Shown here: positions 1 to 8,125 of the stretch, piece after piece
Numbering within the stretch: position 1 is the stretch's first letter
How the letters are laid out: every line of letters starts with the position of its first letter
Assembly (NCBI GenBank): GCA_934091015.1
Contig: CAKOKM010000001.1
Location: forward strand, 1 to 59,587
DNA: 59,587 nt
Reading direction: 5' to 3'
Origin: an uncultured Bacilli bacterium
GTDB lineage: Bacteria; Bacillota_I; Bacilli_A; RF39; UBA660
Position numbers and translations under genes: made by a program
The notes under the pieces: generated by a model
What the model saw: only the letters and a program-made list of their open reading frames with translations
What the model was told of the DNA's origin: nothing
Databases searched by the model: none

Positions 1-27
1 TTAAAATATTTTTTAAAGGAGATAAAT

Positions 28-2016
28 ATGCTAGAAGATATTAAAGGAATTGGTCCCAAAACCTTAAAATTATTTCAAAATTTAAACATCTTTACCATCC
101 AAGATTTAATCACATACTATCCCTATAAGTATAAATTATATCACCCAGTCACCTTAGATAACTATGAAGAAAACACTGAAGTTTTAATAAATGGATATAT
201 CGCATCCGATGCCAAAATATACTATATTAAAAGAAATTTAAATAAAATAAGTTTCAGATTAAATACTGGTACTAAACTAATAAACGTTACCATCTTTAAT
301 CGTCCCTTCATTAAACAACATCTGTTATTAAATAAATATATTTCCGTAATAGGAAAATACAACATCAAGACCAACACATTTACAGCCAGTGATATAAAAT
401 TAACCCCAATAATTAAAGATGAAATAGAACCAATTTATCACACAACTCAAGGACTAAAACAAGTAAATATTCATAAAATAATTAATAATTTATTAGAAAA
501 AAATATCTATGTTCCCAGTCTAATACCTGAAAAATACATTAAAGAATATTCATTATTAGATAAATTAACTGCTATAAAAGAAATTCATAATCCAACTAGT
601 ACTAATAATTTAAAACAAGCTGAAATATGTCTTAAATATGAAGAACTATTTGAATATACTTTAAAAATAAATTATTTAAAATATTTAAAAGATAAAACAA
701 CTACATCATATATAAAAACATTTGATACATCAAAATTAGATAATTTAATATCAAGTTTACCATTTAAATTAACCGATTCACAAGTAAATGCCGTAGAAGA
801 TATTAAAAAAGATTTTAACTCACCAAAACATATGAATAGATTAATTCTAGGTGATGTTGGAAGTGGTAAAACAATTATATCTTTCCTAGCCCTTTACATG
901 AACTATTTATCTGGTTATCAAGGCGTCCTAATGGCACCAACTGAAATATTAATAAAACAACACTATGAAAATATCAAAAAAATCTTAACAGACTTAAATA
1001 TTGAAATACTAACTGGCTCAACAACTAAAAAAGACCGTGATAAAATAATTGAAAATCTAAAAAACGGTAAAATAGATATTTTATTATCAACTCATTCAGT
1101 CCTAAATGATGATGTCGTATTTAAAAATATCGGACTAGTTGTAACCGACGAACAACATCGCTTCGGTGTAAATCAAAGAAAGAACCTTCAAAACAAAGGA
1201 GAAAATGTTGACGTACTTTATATGAGTGCAACTCCAATCCCTAGAACTCTAGCCTTAACTATTTTTAAAGATATGGACATAACTGAAATTAAAACAAAAC
1301 CATTAAATAGGAAACCTAAAATTACCAAATTATATAAAACATCAGAAATTAAAGAAGTTCTATATGAAATGTTAGATGAAATTAAAAAAGGGCATCAAAT
1401 CTATGTCGTTAGTCCCCTAATCGAAAATGAAGAAGAAAATACTAAACTAGCAAGTGTTAATTATTTATATGAAAAAATAAATGTAGCCCTTAATGGTAAA
1501 GTACCTATAGGTGTTCTTCATGGTAAATTAAAAAATGAAGAAAAAGAAAATATAATGAACGATTTTAAATCGAATAAAACTAAGATCTTAATATCAACAA
1601 CCATCATTGAAATAGGAGTAGATGTTAGTAACGCTACGATGATTGTTATATTTAATGCCGAAAGATTCGGCTTGGCGACACTTCATCAGTTAAGAGGACG
1701 TATAGGTAGAAATGATATAGAATCAAAATGTATTTTAATAAGCGACTATGACACGCCAAGATTAAAAATATTAGAAGAAAGTGAAGATGGCTTCTACATT
1801 TCTGAAAAAGACTTCGAATTAAGAGGAGCCGGTGATTTATTTGGTGTAAAACAAAGTGGAGATATGGTCTTTAAAATAGCTAATCTAAATAAGGATTTTA
1901 AAATATTAAAAAAATGTAGTGAAGACTCTTTAAATTTTTTAAACAAACATATTAACGAAATAGATAAATTTCCTATTCAAAAAAACATAATAAGGGGTGT
2001 AAAAAATCTAAATTAA
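28..2016 (+). CDS. recG: ATP-dependent DNA helicase RecG
   Basis: 662-aa ORF with SF2 motifs GDVGSGKT (Walker A), DEQHRFG (motif II) and HQLRGRIGR (motif VI). N-terminal region is RecG wedge-like. AAGGAG RBS upstream. Confidence 0.93.
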   Translation: MLEDIKGIGPKTLKLFQNLNIFTIQDLITYYPYKYKLYHPVTLDNYEENTEVLINGYIASDAKIYYIKRNLNKISFRLNTGTKLINVTIFNRPFIKQHLLLNKYISVIGKYNIKTNTFTASDIKLTPIIKDEIEPIYHTTQGLKQVNIHKIINNLLEKNIYVPSLIPEKYIKEYSLLDKLTAIKEIHNPTSTNNLKQAEICLKYEELFEYTLKINYLKYLKDKTTTSYIKTFDTSKLDNLISSLPFKLTDSQVNAVEDIKKDFNSPKHMNRLILGDVGSGKTIISFLALYMNYLSGYQGVLMAPTEILIKQHYENIKKILTDLNIEILTGSTTKKDRDKIIENLKNGKIDILLSTHSVLNDDVVFKNIGLVVTDEQHRFGVNQRKNLQNKGENVDVLYMSATPIPRTLALTIFKDMDITEIKTKPLNRKPKITKLYKTSEIKEVLYEMLDEIKKGHQIYVVSPLIENEEENTKLASVNYLYEKINVALNGKVPIGVLHGKLKNEEKENIMNDFKSNKTKILISTTIIEIGVDVSNATMIVIFNAERFGLATLHQLRGRIGRNDIESKCILISDYDTPRLKILEESEDGFYISEKDFELRGAGDLFGVKQSGDMVFKIANLNKDFKILKKCSEDSLNFLNKHINEIDKFPIQKNIIRGVKNLN

Positions 2017-2048
2017 TGATATATTTATAGTAGAAGGAGTTGAGATAA

Positions 2049-2657
2049 ATGAATAGAGCAAAAATTAAAAATGATGCCAAAAAAATGATTGAAGGAAATC
2101 TATGGACCATTTTAAAACCAATGTTAATTGTTATGATTGTTTTAGGTTTTGTAAATGTAATATCAGAAAAAGTATTACAAGATACATTCGCAGGAACAAT
2201 GTGTTCAATTTTGCTTTCACTTGCAGTAATGCCTTTATCATATGGTTTAGATGTATTTATTCTTAAATATGTAAGAAAAGAACAAGTAGATTATGATGAA
2301 ATATTTAAACATTATTCTAAATTTGTTCCTATATTCTTATTAGGATTATTAATGTACATTTTTATTGGTCTTTGGTCTTTATTATTTGTTATACCAGGTA
2401 TTATAGCTGCTATATCATATAGTCAAGCAATGTTTATCATGATTGATGGTGAAGAAGAACCAGGTGCTTGCATCAAAAAATCTAAAGAGATGATGTATGG
2501 TTATAAATTGGATTATTTCGTATTTATGTTAAGTTTCTTTGGTTGGTATTTACTTTGTGCACTAACATTAGGTATTGCCCTAGTATATGTTGCACCATAT
2601 GTTTCAGTATCAGAAGCACTATACTATGAAGAACTTAAAAAAATTACAAAAAATTAA
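2049..2657 (+). CDS. DUF975-family integral membrane protein
   Basis: 202-aa ORF with several hydrophobic helices. The N-terminal R-x-x-IK-x-x-AK...GNxW pattern is typical of DUF975. Lies 32 nt after recG with a GGAG RBS. Confidence 0.72.
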   Translation: MNRAKIKNDAKKMIEGNLWTILKPMLIVMIVLGFVNVISEKVLQDTFAGTMCSILLSLAVMPLSYGLDVFILKYVRKEQVDYDEIFKHYSKFVPIFLLGLLMYIFIGLWSLLFVIPGIIAAISYSQAMFIMIDGEEEPGACIKKSKEMMYGYKLDYFVFMLSFFGWYLLCALTLGIALVYVAPYVSVSEALYYEELKKITKN

Positions 2658-2667
2658 ATAATATAAA

Positions 2668-2696
2668 TTGACAAACTATTCATAATTTTATATTAT
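2668..2696 (+). promoter_or_regulatory. Sigma-A type promoter of a candidate sRNA
   Basis: TTGACA (2668-2673), exact 17-nt spacer, TATTAT (2691-2696). No protein ORF follows before a terminator. Confidence 0.6.
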
Positions 2697-2762
2697 TAAA
2701 TAGGTAAGGTAATAAACCTTACTGATCCTCTAACGATTCTTGTTAGAGTGTATCAACCAAAA

Positions 2763-2772
2763 CCCCCTGAAG
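2763..2772 (+). other. att core copy A (attL-type junction), CCCCCTGAAG
   Basis: The same core recurs at 18135-18143, 19573-19582 and 37562-37570, each time directly 5' of a different terminator hairpin. Confidence 0.65.
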
Positions 2773-2803
2773 AGGACATGATTCATTATGTCCTCATTTT
2801 TTT
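2772..2803 (+). terminator. Intrinsic terminator
   Basis: Stem GAGGACAT / ATGTCCTC with an 8-nt loop, followed by A and T7. Confidence 0.75.
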
Positions 2804-2851
2804 GCCCTAAATTAAAGGAGTTGCGAAGTTTTGAAATTTCTAAAATAAGTT

Positions 2852-2890
2852 TTAGGCGACATTTAGGCGACATTTTTGAAAATTAGGCGT
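2852..2890 (+). repeat. Arm-type direct repeats TTAGGCGACA (two full copies plus TTAGGCGT), left arm of element 1
   Basis: Copies at 2852-2861, 2863-2872 and 2883-2890. The identical 10-mer occurs three times next to the integrase gene at 18007-18070. Confidence 0.65.
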
Positions 2891-2946
2891 AATTAGAGGA
2901 TGTTTTGTGGTAAGAAATTAATAAAAAATAATAGTAATAAAAATGC

Positions 2947-3005
2947 TAATTCAAAATCAGTACTTCCATATTTTAGAATCTGTTATACTAATATTGAAGG
3001 CGGTG
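2947..3005 (+). promoter_or_regulatory. Recurrent leader motif copy A (TAATTCAAAATCAGTAC...)
   Basis: One of five related leaders in element 1, placed directly upstream of an RBS and start codon (here the sirtuin gene). Confidence 0.4.
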
Positions 3006-3728
3006 ATGTGTATGGATAATAATTTAAAAAAATTGAAAGAAATAATAGATAATTCAAATAACATAGTATTTTTTGGTGGTGCAGGAGTATCTACTGCTAG
3101 TGGACTTCGTGATTTTAAAGGTGAAAATGGCTTATATAAAGATAAGTATGACAAACCAACTGAATATTATTTAAGTGCAGGTTGCTTTTATAGAGAGTCA
3201 GAAGTGTTTTATAAGTTTTATAAAGAAAATATGAATACATTAAACGTTGAACCTAACATAATTCATTATTATTTAACTGAATTAGAAAAACTTGGAAAAT
3301 TAAAGGCAATAGTAACTCAAAATATAGATGGCTTACATCAAAAAGCAGGAAGCAAAAATGTTTTAGAAGTACATGGTACAACTTATAAAAACCATTGTAT
3401 TAAATGTGGAAAAGAATACAGTGCAGAATTTGTTTTTAATAGTGTTGGCGTGCCTAAATGTTCATGTGGTGGAACTATCAAACCCGATGTAGTTCTATAT
3501 GGTGAGATGCTTCCAGAAGCATATTCTCTTGCAGTATCGTATATTTATAAAGCAGAAACTTTAATAGTAGCTGGAACTTCACTTACTGTTGAACCTGCTT
3601 GTGGCTTAGTAAAAATATTTAATGGAAAGAATCTAGTTATTATTAATGATACTCCTACTCAATATGATAACCTTGCTACTTTAGTTATTCATAGGAAAAT
3701 GGAAGATGTTATTAGGGAAATTCATTAA
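3006..3728 (+). CDS. cobB: Sir2-family NAD-dependent protein deacylase (sirtuin)
   Basis: GGAGVSTASGLRDF NAD-binding motif, QNIDGLH, catalytic H in EVHGT, and a Zn ribbon CxxC...CxC (CIKCGKEY...CSCGG). The ORF track starts at 2943; ATG 3006 (or 3012) fits the usual sirtuin N-terminus. Confidence 0.85.
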   Translation: MCMDNNLKKLKEIIDNSNNIVFFGGAGVSTASGLRDFKGENGLYKDKYDKPTEYYLSAGCFYRESEVFYKFYKENMNTLNVEPNIIHYYLTELEKLGKLKAIVTQNIDGLHQKAGSKNVLEVHGTTYKNHCIKCGKEYSAEFVFNSVGVPKCSCGGTIKPDVVLYGEMLPEAYSLAVSYIYKAETLIVAGTSLTVEPACGLVKIFNGKNLVIINDTPTQYDNLATLVIHRKMEDVIREIH

Positions 3729-3744
3729 ATAGCAAGCATTGAAG

Positions 3745-3774
3745 CAGAGATTGAAATAAATATCTCTGTTTTTA
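3745..3774 (+). terminator. Intrinsic terminator after the sirtuin gene
   Basis: Stem CAGAGAT / ATCTCTG followed by a T-run. Confidence 0.7.
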
Positions 3775-3925
3775 TTTATTTTCGGGGTTGGCAGTTCAAA
3801 GAATTTATGTTACATTAAGACTACAATCAAAAACTTAAAAAACAAAAAAGAAATATCTATCATCTATACACAGTAATATATCTATATATTCAATTAGGCA
3901 ACAGTAATCTGTTGCTTTTTCTATG

Positions 3926-3987
3926 CGATTCAGAGTCAGTCATAATCATTTCTAAAATGTGGTTAAATAATTATGGAGGTTATAAAA
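3926..3987 (+). promoter_or_regulatory. Recurrent leader motif copy B (CGATTCAGAGTCAGTCA...)
   Basis: Diverged copy of the TAATTCAAAGTCAGTAC leader, ending in a GGAGG RBS and ATG 3988. Confidence 0.35.
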
Positions 3988-4296
3988 ATGAAGAAAATAG
4001 AAAAACTTATGTTAAAAGAAGAAGATCAAATTCTTAAAGACACACTTGCAATATGTTTAGCGAAATTAATAGGATTACACTACAAATATTACAAGAATAA
4101 GAAATTTGATACATTTGACCAATACTGCGATAGTTATACCTGTTTCACTATCTTGTCAGAAAAGGAAAAGGTAGAACTATACCATACTGTTGATAAGATT
4201 ATGGAGCAAGAATATAATCTGTTCTTCGCACACTATGAGTTAGGTAAACCAATTTATTTAGTGGATGTTTCAGGAAAGGATGATATTGTATGCTAA
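3988..4296 (+). CDS. Hypothetical protein
   Basis: ORF 3973-4296. The GGAGG at 3975-3979 favours ATG 3988. No recognisable motif. Confidence 0.55.
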   Translation: MKKIEKLMLKEEDQILKDTLAICLAKLIGLHYKYYKNKKFDTFDQYCDSYTCFTILSEKEKVELYHTVDKIMEQEYNLFFAHYELGKPIYLVDVSGKDDIVC

Positions 4297-4574
4297 ATAC
4301 CTCAATGCTAGTTGGAAAAATAAATGAAATAATAAATGAAGGTCAAGGTAAAATTCTATTATCACTAGCAGTACAAAGACCTTATAAAAATGAAAATGGT
4401 TCTTATGATGTTGACTTAATTCCTTGCACTTTATCTGGCACAATTTCTAATTCAATTGAAAAATACTGCAATATTGGTGATGTTGTAGGAGTTCGAGGAA
4501 GTTTAAGAGTTATTGGAACTAACTTAACTTTATCAGCAGATAAAGTTACATTCTTAAGTACAAAGAAGGTTTAA
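4290..4574 (+). CDS. Short SSB-like OB-fold protein
   Basis: 94 aa. The pattern N-x-V-x-L-VG-K-I ... DLIPCTL ... GDVVGVRGSLR resembles the OB core of bacterial and phage single-stranded DNA-binding proteins. Overlaps the preceding gene by 7 nt. Confidence 0.5.
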   Translation: MLNTSMLVGKINEIINEGQGKILLSLAVQRPYKNENGSYDVDLIPCTLSGTISNSIEKYCNIGDVVGVRGSLRVIGTNLTLSADKVTFLSTKKV

Positions 4575-4585
4575 GGTGATTAATT

Positions 4586-5026
4586 ATGGAGTTAGTTTAT
4601 AGTACTGGTGGTCGTGAGAAGTATTACAATGCTATTAAAGTTGGTGATTGTGCTTGCAGGGCTATTGCTAATGGTACAGGAATGGATTATAAAGAAGTTT
4701 ATGATTTAATTAATAGTTATGCAGAAAGAGAACATATAAGTAAAAGAAAGAAAACAAAGTCAAATGCTAGAAATGGTGTTCATAAGGAAACCATTTATAA
4801 GTTACTTACTGATTTAGGTTGGAAATGGGTACCAACAATGTTTATCGGTAAAGGTTGTCAAGTTCATTTGAATGAAAAAGAACTACCTACTGGTACATTA
4901 ATAGTTAGTGTCTCAAAACATTTAACCTGTGTTAAAGATAGAAAATTATATGACACCTATGATTGTACTAGAAATGGTACTAGATGTGTTTATGGCTACT
5001 ATATCAAGGAGGCATATGATTTATGA
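4586..5026 (+). CDS. Hypothetical protein with a possible Cys/His/Asp papain-like signature
   Basis: 146 aa. DCACRAIA near the N-terminus, then SKHLTCVKD...YDTYD near the C-terminus. Recalls a family common on ICEs and phages. Not verified. Confidence 0.5.
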   Translation: MELVYSTGGREKYYNAIKVGDCACRAIANGTGMDYKEVYDLINSYAEREHISKRKKTKSNARNGVHKETIYKLLTDLGWKWVPTMFIGKGCQVHLNEKELPTGTLIVSVSKHLTCVKDRKLYDTYDCTRNGTRCVYGYYIKEAYDL

Positions 5027-5379
5027 AAGGCGTAGATAGATTAAAAAAATTAGCAGAGGGACAAGAAGATCCCTCTCTACTTAGGGTTATAGAGTATTTA
5101 GTTAATATAGATGAGTTAAATGAAATGTATCTTAATGTTGATAAGTCGTTAAAAAGTATGGTTGATTATATAAAAGATATGGCTAAGAAGTTATCAAAAG
5201 ATGGATACTGCTGGGTTGAAGATACTACTGTTTATGAATGGGCGGTTAATTATTGGAGTAAATCAGATGAAGAATTAGGTATTAAAAAAATTACACCTAC
5301 TCCTAAAACTAAAGCTGAAGTAACACGTGATGAGGTTATACCAGAAGTAAAACAGGTAGGCCAACTATCGTTATTCTAG
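5023..5379 (+). CDS. PcfK-like protein
   Basis: 118 aa. KSLKSMVDYIKDMAKK...VEDTTVYEWAVNYW...DEELGI and the C-terminal QLSLF match my recollection of the PcfK-like family. Sits directly upstream of a PcfJ-like gene, as on conjugative elements. Confidence 0.55.
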   Translation: MKGVDRLKKLAEGQEDPSLLRVIEYLVNIDELNEMYLNVDKSLKSMVDYIKDMAKKLSKDGYCWVEDTTVYEWAVNYWSKSDEELGIKKITPTPKTKAEVTRDEVIPEVKQVGQLSLF

Positions 5380-5392
5380 AGGTGGTTAAATT

Positions 5393-6823
5393 ATGGGGTA
5401 TATCAATAAAGAATTACAGAACCTTATAAAATCCATGGATAAAACATTTTCAGTTGGTCTAGGTGTACGAAAATGGTTGAGACAAAGTATCTACCCTAAA
5501 CATAATCTTATACTTAAGTCAAAAGAAGGTTATTACTGTACCAATTGTAAGAAAAGTTTTCATTCAACTGTTAAAGTTGGAGAATATACTATATGCCCCA
5601 AATGTAAGCAAGAACTATTAGTTAGAATGAATACATTGCAGCGTCAAGTTTTCAAAGATGATTTTAGAATACTTGAATTTATTGATGGTTACTTTGTACT
5701 AAGAGGGTTTGAGGTACTATCACTATATAATAATCATCAAGTATCACATCAGTATCAAGAGTACCAAAGATTAGTTATATCAAAGGATAAAATATATCTA
5801 CTTGCATCTGACGTTCTAAAAAACTATATGGGATATCTTTCTGTTAGTCATAATGAAAAGCATACTAGTTGGAGATTACTAGATAGTCAGTATAGATGGT
5901 ATATGTCTAGAGGGAGTATCTACTGGGGAGAATTAGAGAGGGATACTTATGGTACTGTATATCACTACTGCCCTATACAGAGGGTACTACTATCATATAC
6001 TGGAGATACTAGTATAGAGATATTACTTCAAAGAATATTAAATAACCCTACATCATTTGAATTGTTATCTAAATTAGAACTTACTAATCTTGCAATTGAT
6101 TGTGATGAGTTTACAAATAAGGGTTCATTTGAAAATAGATTTGGCGTTACTAAAGATTATCTTCCTTTTATGACTAAGAACAATTTGAATTATAATGAAC
6201 TGGAAGTTCTGCAAGTAATTAAACATAAGAATATAAGTATCGTTAAGAAGTTAAGTCAATTAAGCAATTTTAAAGAACTATCTAATTATTTAGATATGGA
6301 AAAAGCGCTATCTAATGGACTTAATGAAACTAATGAACATTTATATAAGGACTACCTTGACTTTGCTAAGCGCTTACACCTGAATATGAAAGACAAAAGA
6401 GTTTTATACCCTACTGACATAGTTAAATCACACGATGAACTTATGCACCAAGTAGAAACTATTGAAAACCAAGAAATCATTGAAAAAATTAAAATCAGGT
6501 ATGAAGAATTAAAGCAATTAAGTTATCACGATGATAAGTATGTGGTTTTCCCTGTTCCAAGTTTGTCAGATTTAATTCGTGAATCCGAAGTACAAAATAT
6601 ATGTATTAGAAGTTACAACGAAAGGTATGCCAATGGAGAGACCAATTTATTTTTTATGAGAAGTATAAAAAATATGAGCAAACCGCTTGTAGCTATTGAA
6701 GTTAAGGATGGAAAAATTTTGCAAAGTCGTGGAAAAAGAAATAATGATCCTACTAAAATGCAGAAAGCATTTATAAACAAGTGGGAAAATGAAATTTTGA
6801 AAGGAAGTGCGTTATATGCCTAG
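5393..6823 (+). CDS. PcfJ-like protein
   Basis: 476 aa. N-terminal Cys4 (CTNC...CPKC). C-terminal block LIRESEVQNICIRSYNERY...NLFFMRS...PLVAIEV...ILQSRGKRNN resembles the PcfJ domain. Paired with the PcfK-like gene. Confidence 0.5.
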   Translation: MGYINKELQNLIKSMDKTFSVGLGVRKWLRQSIYPKHNLILKSKEGYYCTNCKKSFHSTVKVGEYTICPKCKQELLVRMNTLQRQVFKDDFRILEFIDGYFVLRGFEVLSLYNNHQVSHQYQEYQRLVISKDKIYLLASDVLKNYMGYLSVSHNEKHTSWRLLDSQYRWYMSRGSIYWGELERDTYGTVYHYCPIQRVLLSYTGDTSIEILLQRILNNPTSFELLSKLELTNLAIDCDEFTNKGSFENRFGVTKDYLPFMTKNNLNYNELEVLQVIKHKNISIVKKLSQLSNFKELSNYLDMEKALSNGLNETNEHLYKDYLDFAKRLHLNMKDKRVLYPTDIVKSHDELMHQVETIENQEIIEKIKIRYEELKQLSYHDDKYVVFPVPSLSDLIRESEVQNICIRSYNERYANGETNLFFMRSIKNMSKPLVAIEVKDGKILQSRGKRNNDPTKMQKAFINKWENEILKGSALYA

Positions 6824-7094
6824 GTTTGATATTGGAAAATTTGTTATGACTAAAGGTGTAGCGAGTGAAATAGATAACAACCCTAATTATAAAATGGAAC
6901 TACTTGATTGCTTAACAAGGTATTTGAATTGTGATTGGGGTAATTTATGTGATACTGATAAATTATTAAATGAAGATGCTATTAAAAATGATGAAAGGAT
7001 ACTAGCAAGGTATAACACTTCGTGTGGTGATATTTATATCATAACAGAAAGGGATAGAAGTTATACTACTATGCTGTATGTGGGTGAATATTAA
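6816..7094 (+). CDS. Conserved plasmid/ICE-associated hypothetical protein
   Basis: About 92 aa. DWG...ILARY...IYIITERDRSYTTMLYVGEY resembles a small family I recall from plasmids and ICEs. AAGGAAG RBS 8 nt before ATG 6816. Confidence 0.5.
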   Translation: MPRFDIGKFVMTKGVASEIDNNPNYKMELLDCLTRYLNCDWGNLCDTDKLLNEDAIKNDERILARYNTSCGDIYIITERDRSYTTMLYVGEY

Positions 7095-7315
7095 TGAATA
7101 TATATGAGAAAACCGCCAAGAATATTAAATATTATCGTAAGTTAAAGGGATTAACACAGGATGAAGTTGCTGAATTAACAGGCTATTCGCCAGAATATAT
7201 AAGAAGAATTGAATCTCCACATGGAAAGAAGAAAGGTTTTACATTAAAGGCAGTATACGTAATATCTTTAGCATTGGAAGTACCTATTGAGGAACTATTT
7301 AATGACCGAACATAA
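7094..7315 (+). CDS. XRE-family HTH transcriptional regulator
   Basis: 73 aa. The HTH_3 pattern IKYYRKLKGLTQDEVAELTGYSPEYIRRIE. Confidence 0.75.
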   Translation: MNIYEKTAKNIKYYRKLKGLTQDEVAELTGYSPEYIRRIESPHGKKKGFTLKAVYVISLALEVPIEELFNDRT

Positions 7316-7385
7316 ATAGCTTAATTCAAAGTCAGTACATCCACTTTTTAAAGTATGCTATGTTATTTATTGAAAGGAGGTAAAT
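7301..7385 (+). repeat. Direct repeat copy C (gene tail plus TAATTCAAAGTCAGTAC leader)
   Basis: AATGACCGAACATAAATAGCTTAATTCAAAGTCAGTACATCC... is nearly identical over its first ~41 nt to 8039-8079 and related through to the RBS. Confidence 0.8.
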
Positions 7386-8057
7386 ATGAAATCATTAAAA
7401 ACAGGATTTAATGAATTAGACAAGTTAATAAATGGGCTGAATGGCGGTGATTTAATTGGAATTGCTGCTCGACGTGGTATGTGTAAAACATCTTTTGGAA
7501 TAAACCTAATAAACAACGTATCTAAACAGACTAATAAAAGGATATTATATTTCAATTTGGATTCATTAAAAGAAAACAATTTATTTAAAAAAATTATCAA
7601 CAATAATGTTGAGGTAATAGATGATGTTAGTCTAATTGAAGATATTAAGAACAAATGTGAAGAAGTAAATAAAAAAGATATTTCATTGGTTGTTATTGAC
7701 TATCTACAATTGATTACTAATAACAAAAAATATAAAAGTAAGTTAGCTAAAACACTTGATGAATTGCCAATATTGAAAGTTCTAGCATTAGAGTTAAATA
7801 TTCCAATAATTATTATTTCACGTCTATCAAAGATTATAGATAAAAGAGAATATAAAAAACCTACTCTATCTGATGCAAGGGCTGTTGGAATAATACAAGC
7901 CTGTGATAAGATTATTTACTTATATAGTGATGATTATTATAATGATGAACCTATAAAGGAACTTGAACTAATTGTTGCCAAAAATCGTGGTGGAAGTTTA
8001 GGAACAATTAAAATAGAATTCAATCTAGAGAATGGTTTAATGACCGAACATAAATAG
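7386..8057 (+). CDS. DnaB-like helicase C-terminal-domain ATPase (RecA-fold)
   Basis: 223 aa. GFNELDKLINGLNGGDLIGIAARRGMCKTSF (Walker A region) and LVVIDYLQLI (Walker B), typical of the DnaB C-terminal domain. No N-terminal DnaB domain. Confidence 0.7.
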   Translation: MKSLKTGFNELDKLINGLNGGDLIGIAARRGMCKTSFGINLINNVSKQTNKRILYFNLDSLKENNLFKKIINNNVEVIDDVSLIEDIKNKCEEVNKKDISLVVIDYLQLITNNKKYKSKLAKTLDELPILKVLALELNIPIIIISRLSKIIDKREYKKPTLSDARAVGIIQACDKIIYLYSDDYYNDEPIKELELIVAKNRGGSLGTIKIEFNLENGLMTEHK

Positions 8058-8125
8058 TTTAATTCAAAGTCAGTACATCAATATTTTTAGATGTGCTATG
8101 CTTATACCTGAAAGGAGATATGTTT
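8039..8125 (+). repeat. Direct repeat copy D (gene tail plus TAATTCAAAGTCAGTAC leader)
   Basis: AATGACCGAACATAAATAGTTTAATTCAAAGTCAGTACATCA..., partner of 7301-7385. The shared segment encodes NDRT-stop in one gene and MTEHK-stop in the other, in different frames. Confidence 0.8.

Larger units (their letters stand above)
2703..2803 (+). ncRNA. Candidate ~100-nt sRNA whose 3' part carries the att core
   Basis: Bounded by a near-consensus promoter and an intrinsic terminator. Two internal hairpins (GTAAGG..CCTTAC and CTCTAAC..GTTAGAG), then an unpaired A/C-rich tract AACCAAAACCCCCUGAAG just before the terminator stem. No tRNA cloverleaf and no SRP or tmRNA motifs seen. Confidence 0.42.

Noticed and set aside
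2703-2803. Whether the att target could be a tRNA, tmRNA or SRP RNA 3' end.
   Set aside because: No acceptor/T-arm (GTTCGAATC-like) sequence, no CCA-proximal stem, and no SRP domain IV GGAA-tetraloop motif is visible. It is kept only as an unclassified sRNA candidate.
2852-2890. Whether the TTAGGCGACA-type repeats could be a small CRISPR array or tandem-repeat locus.
   Set aside because: There are only 2-3 copies of a 9-10-mer with 1-32-nt gaps, no spacer-sized regular intervals and no cas genes. Their mirrored occurrence at both ends of an integrase-bearing element fits arm-type recombinase binding sites.
2957-3154. Short antisense or embedded ORFs from the six-frame track. Examples: 2957-3154(-), 7367-7654(-), 8877-9188(-), 10189-10476(-), 14520-14741(-), 16776-17009(-), 17649-17834(-), 23292-23489(-), 24726-24932(-), 26596-26829(-), 29652-29978(-), 32916-33173(-), 40159-40492(-), 44637-44864(-), 45442-45705(-), 51771-52302(-), 54358-54615(-), 55381-56058(-), 58700-58891(-).
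   Set aside because: All lie fully inside longer ORFs with clear motifs on the opposite strand. They have low-complexity composition (Ile/Leu/Phe/Ser-rich from AT-rich antisense codons) and no RBS, so they are most likely non-coding.
3894-3903. TTAGGCAACA, one mismatch from the TTAGGCGACA arm repeat, as an additional arm site.
   Set aside because: It lies ~1.1 kb from the core and forms the left half of a terminator-like hairpin (GCAACAG-TAAT-CTGTTGC plus T-run), so the resemblance is probably coincidental.
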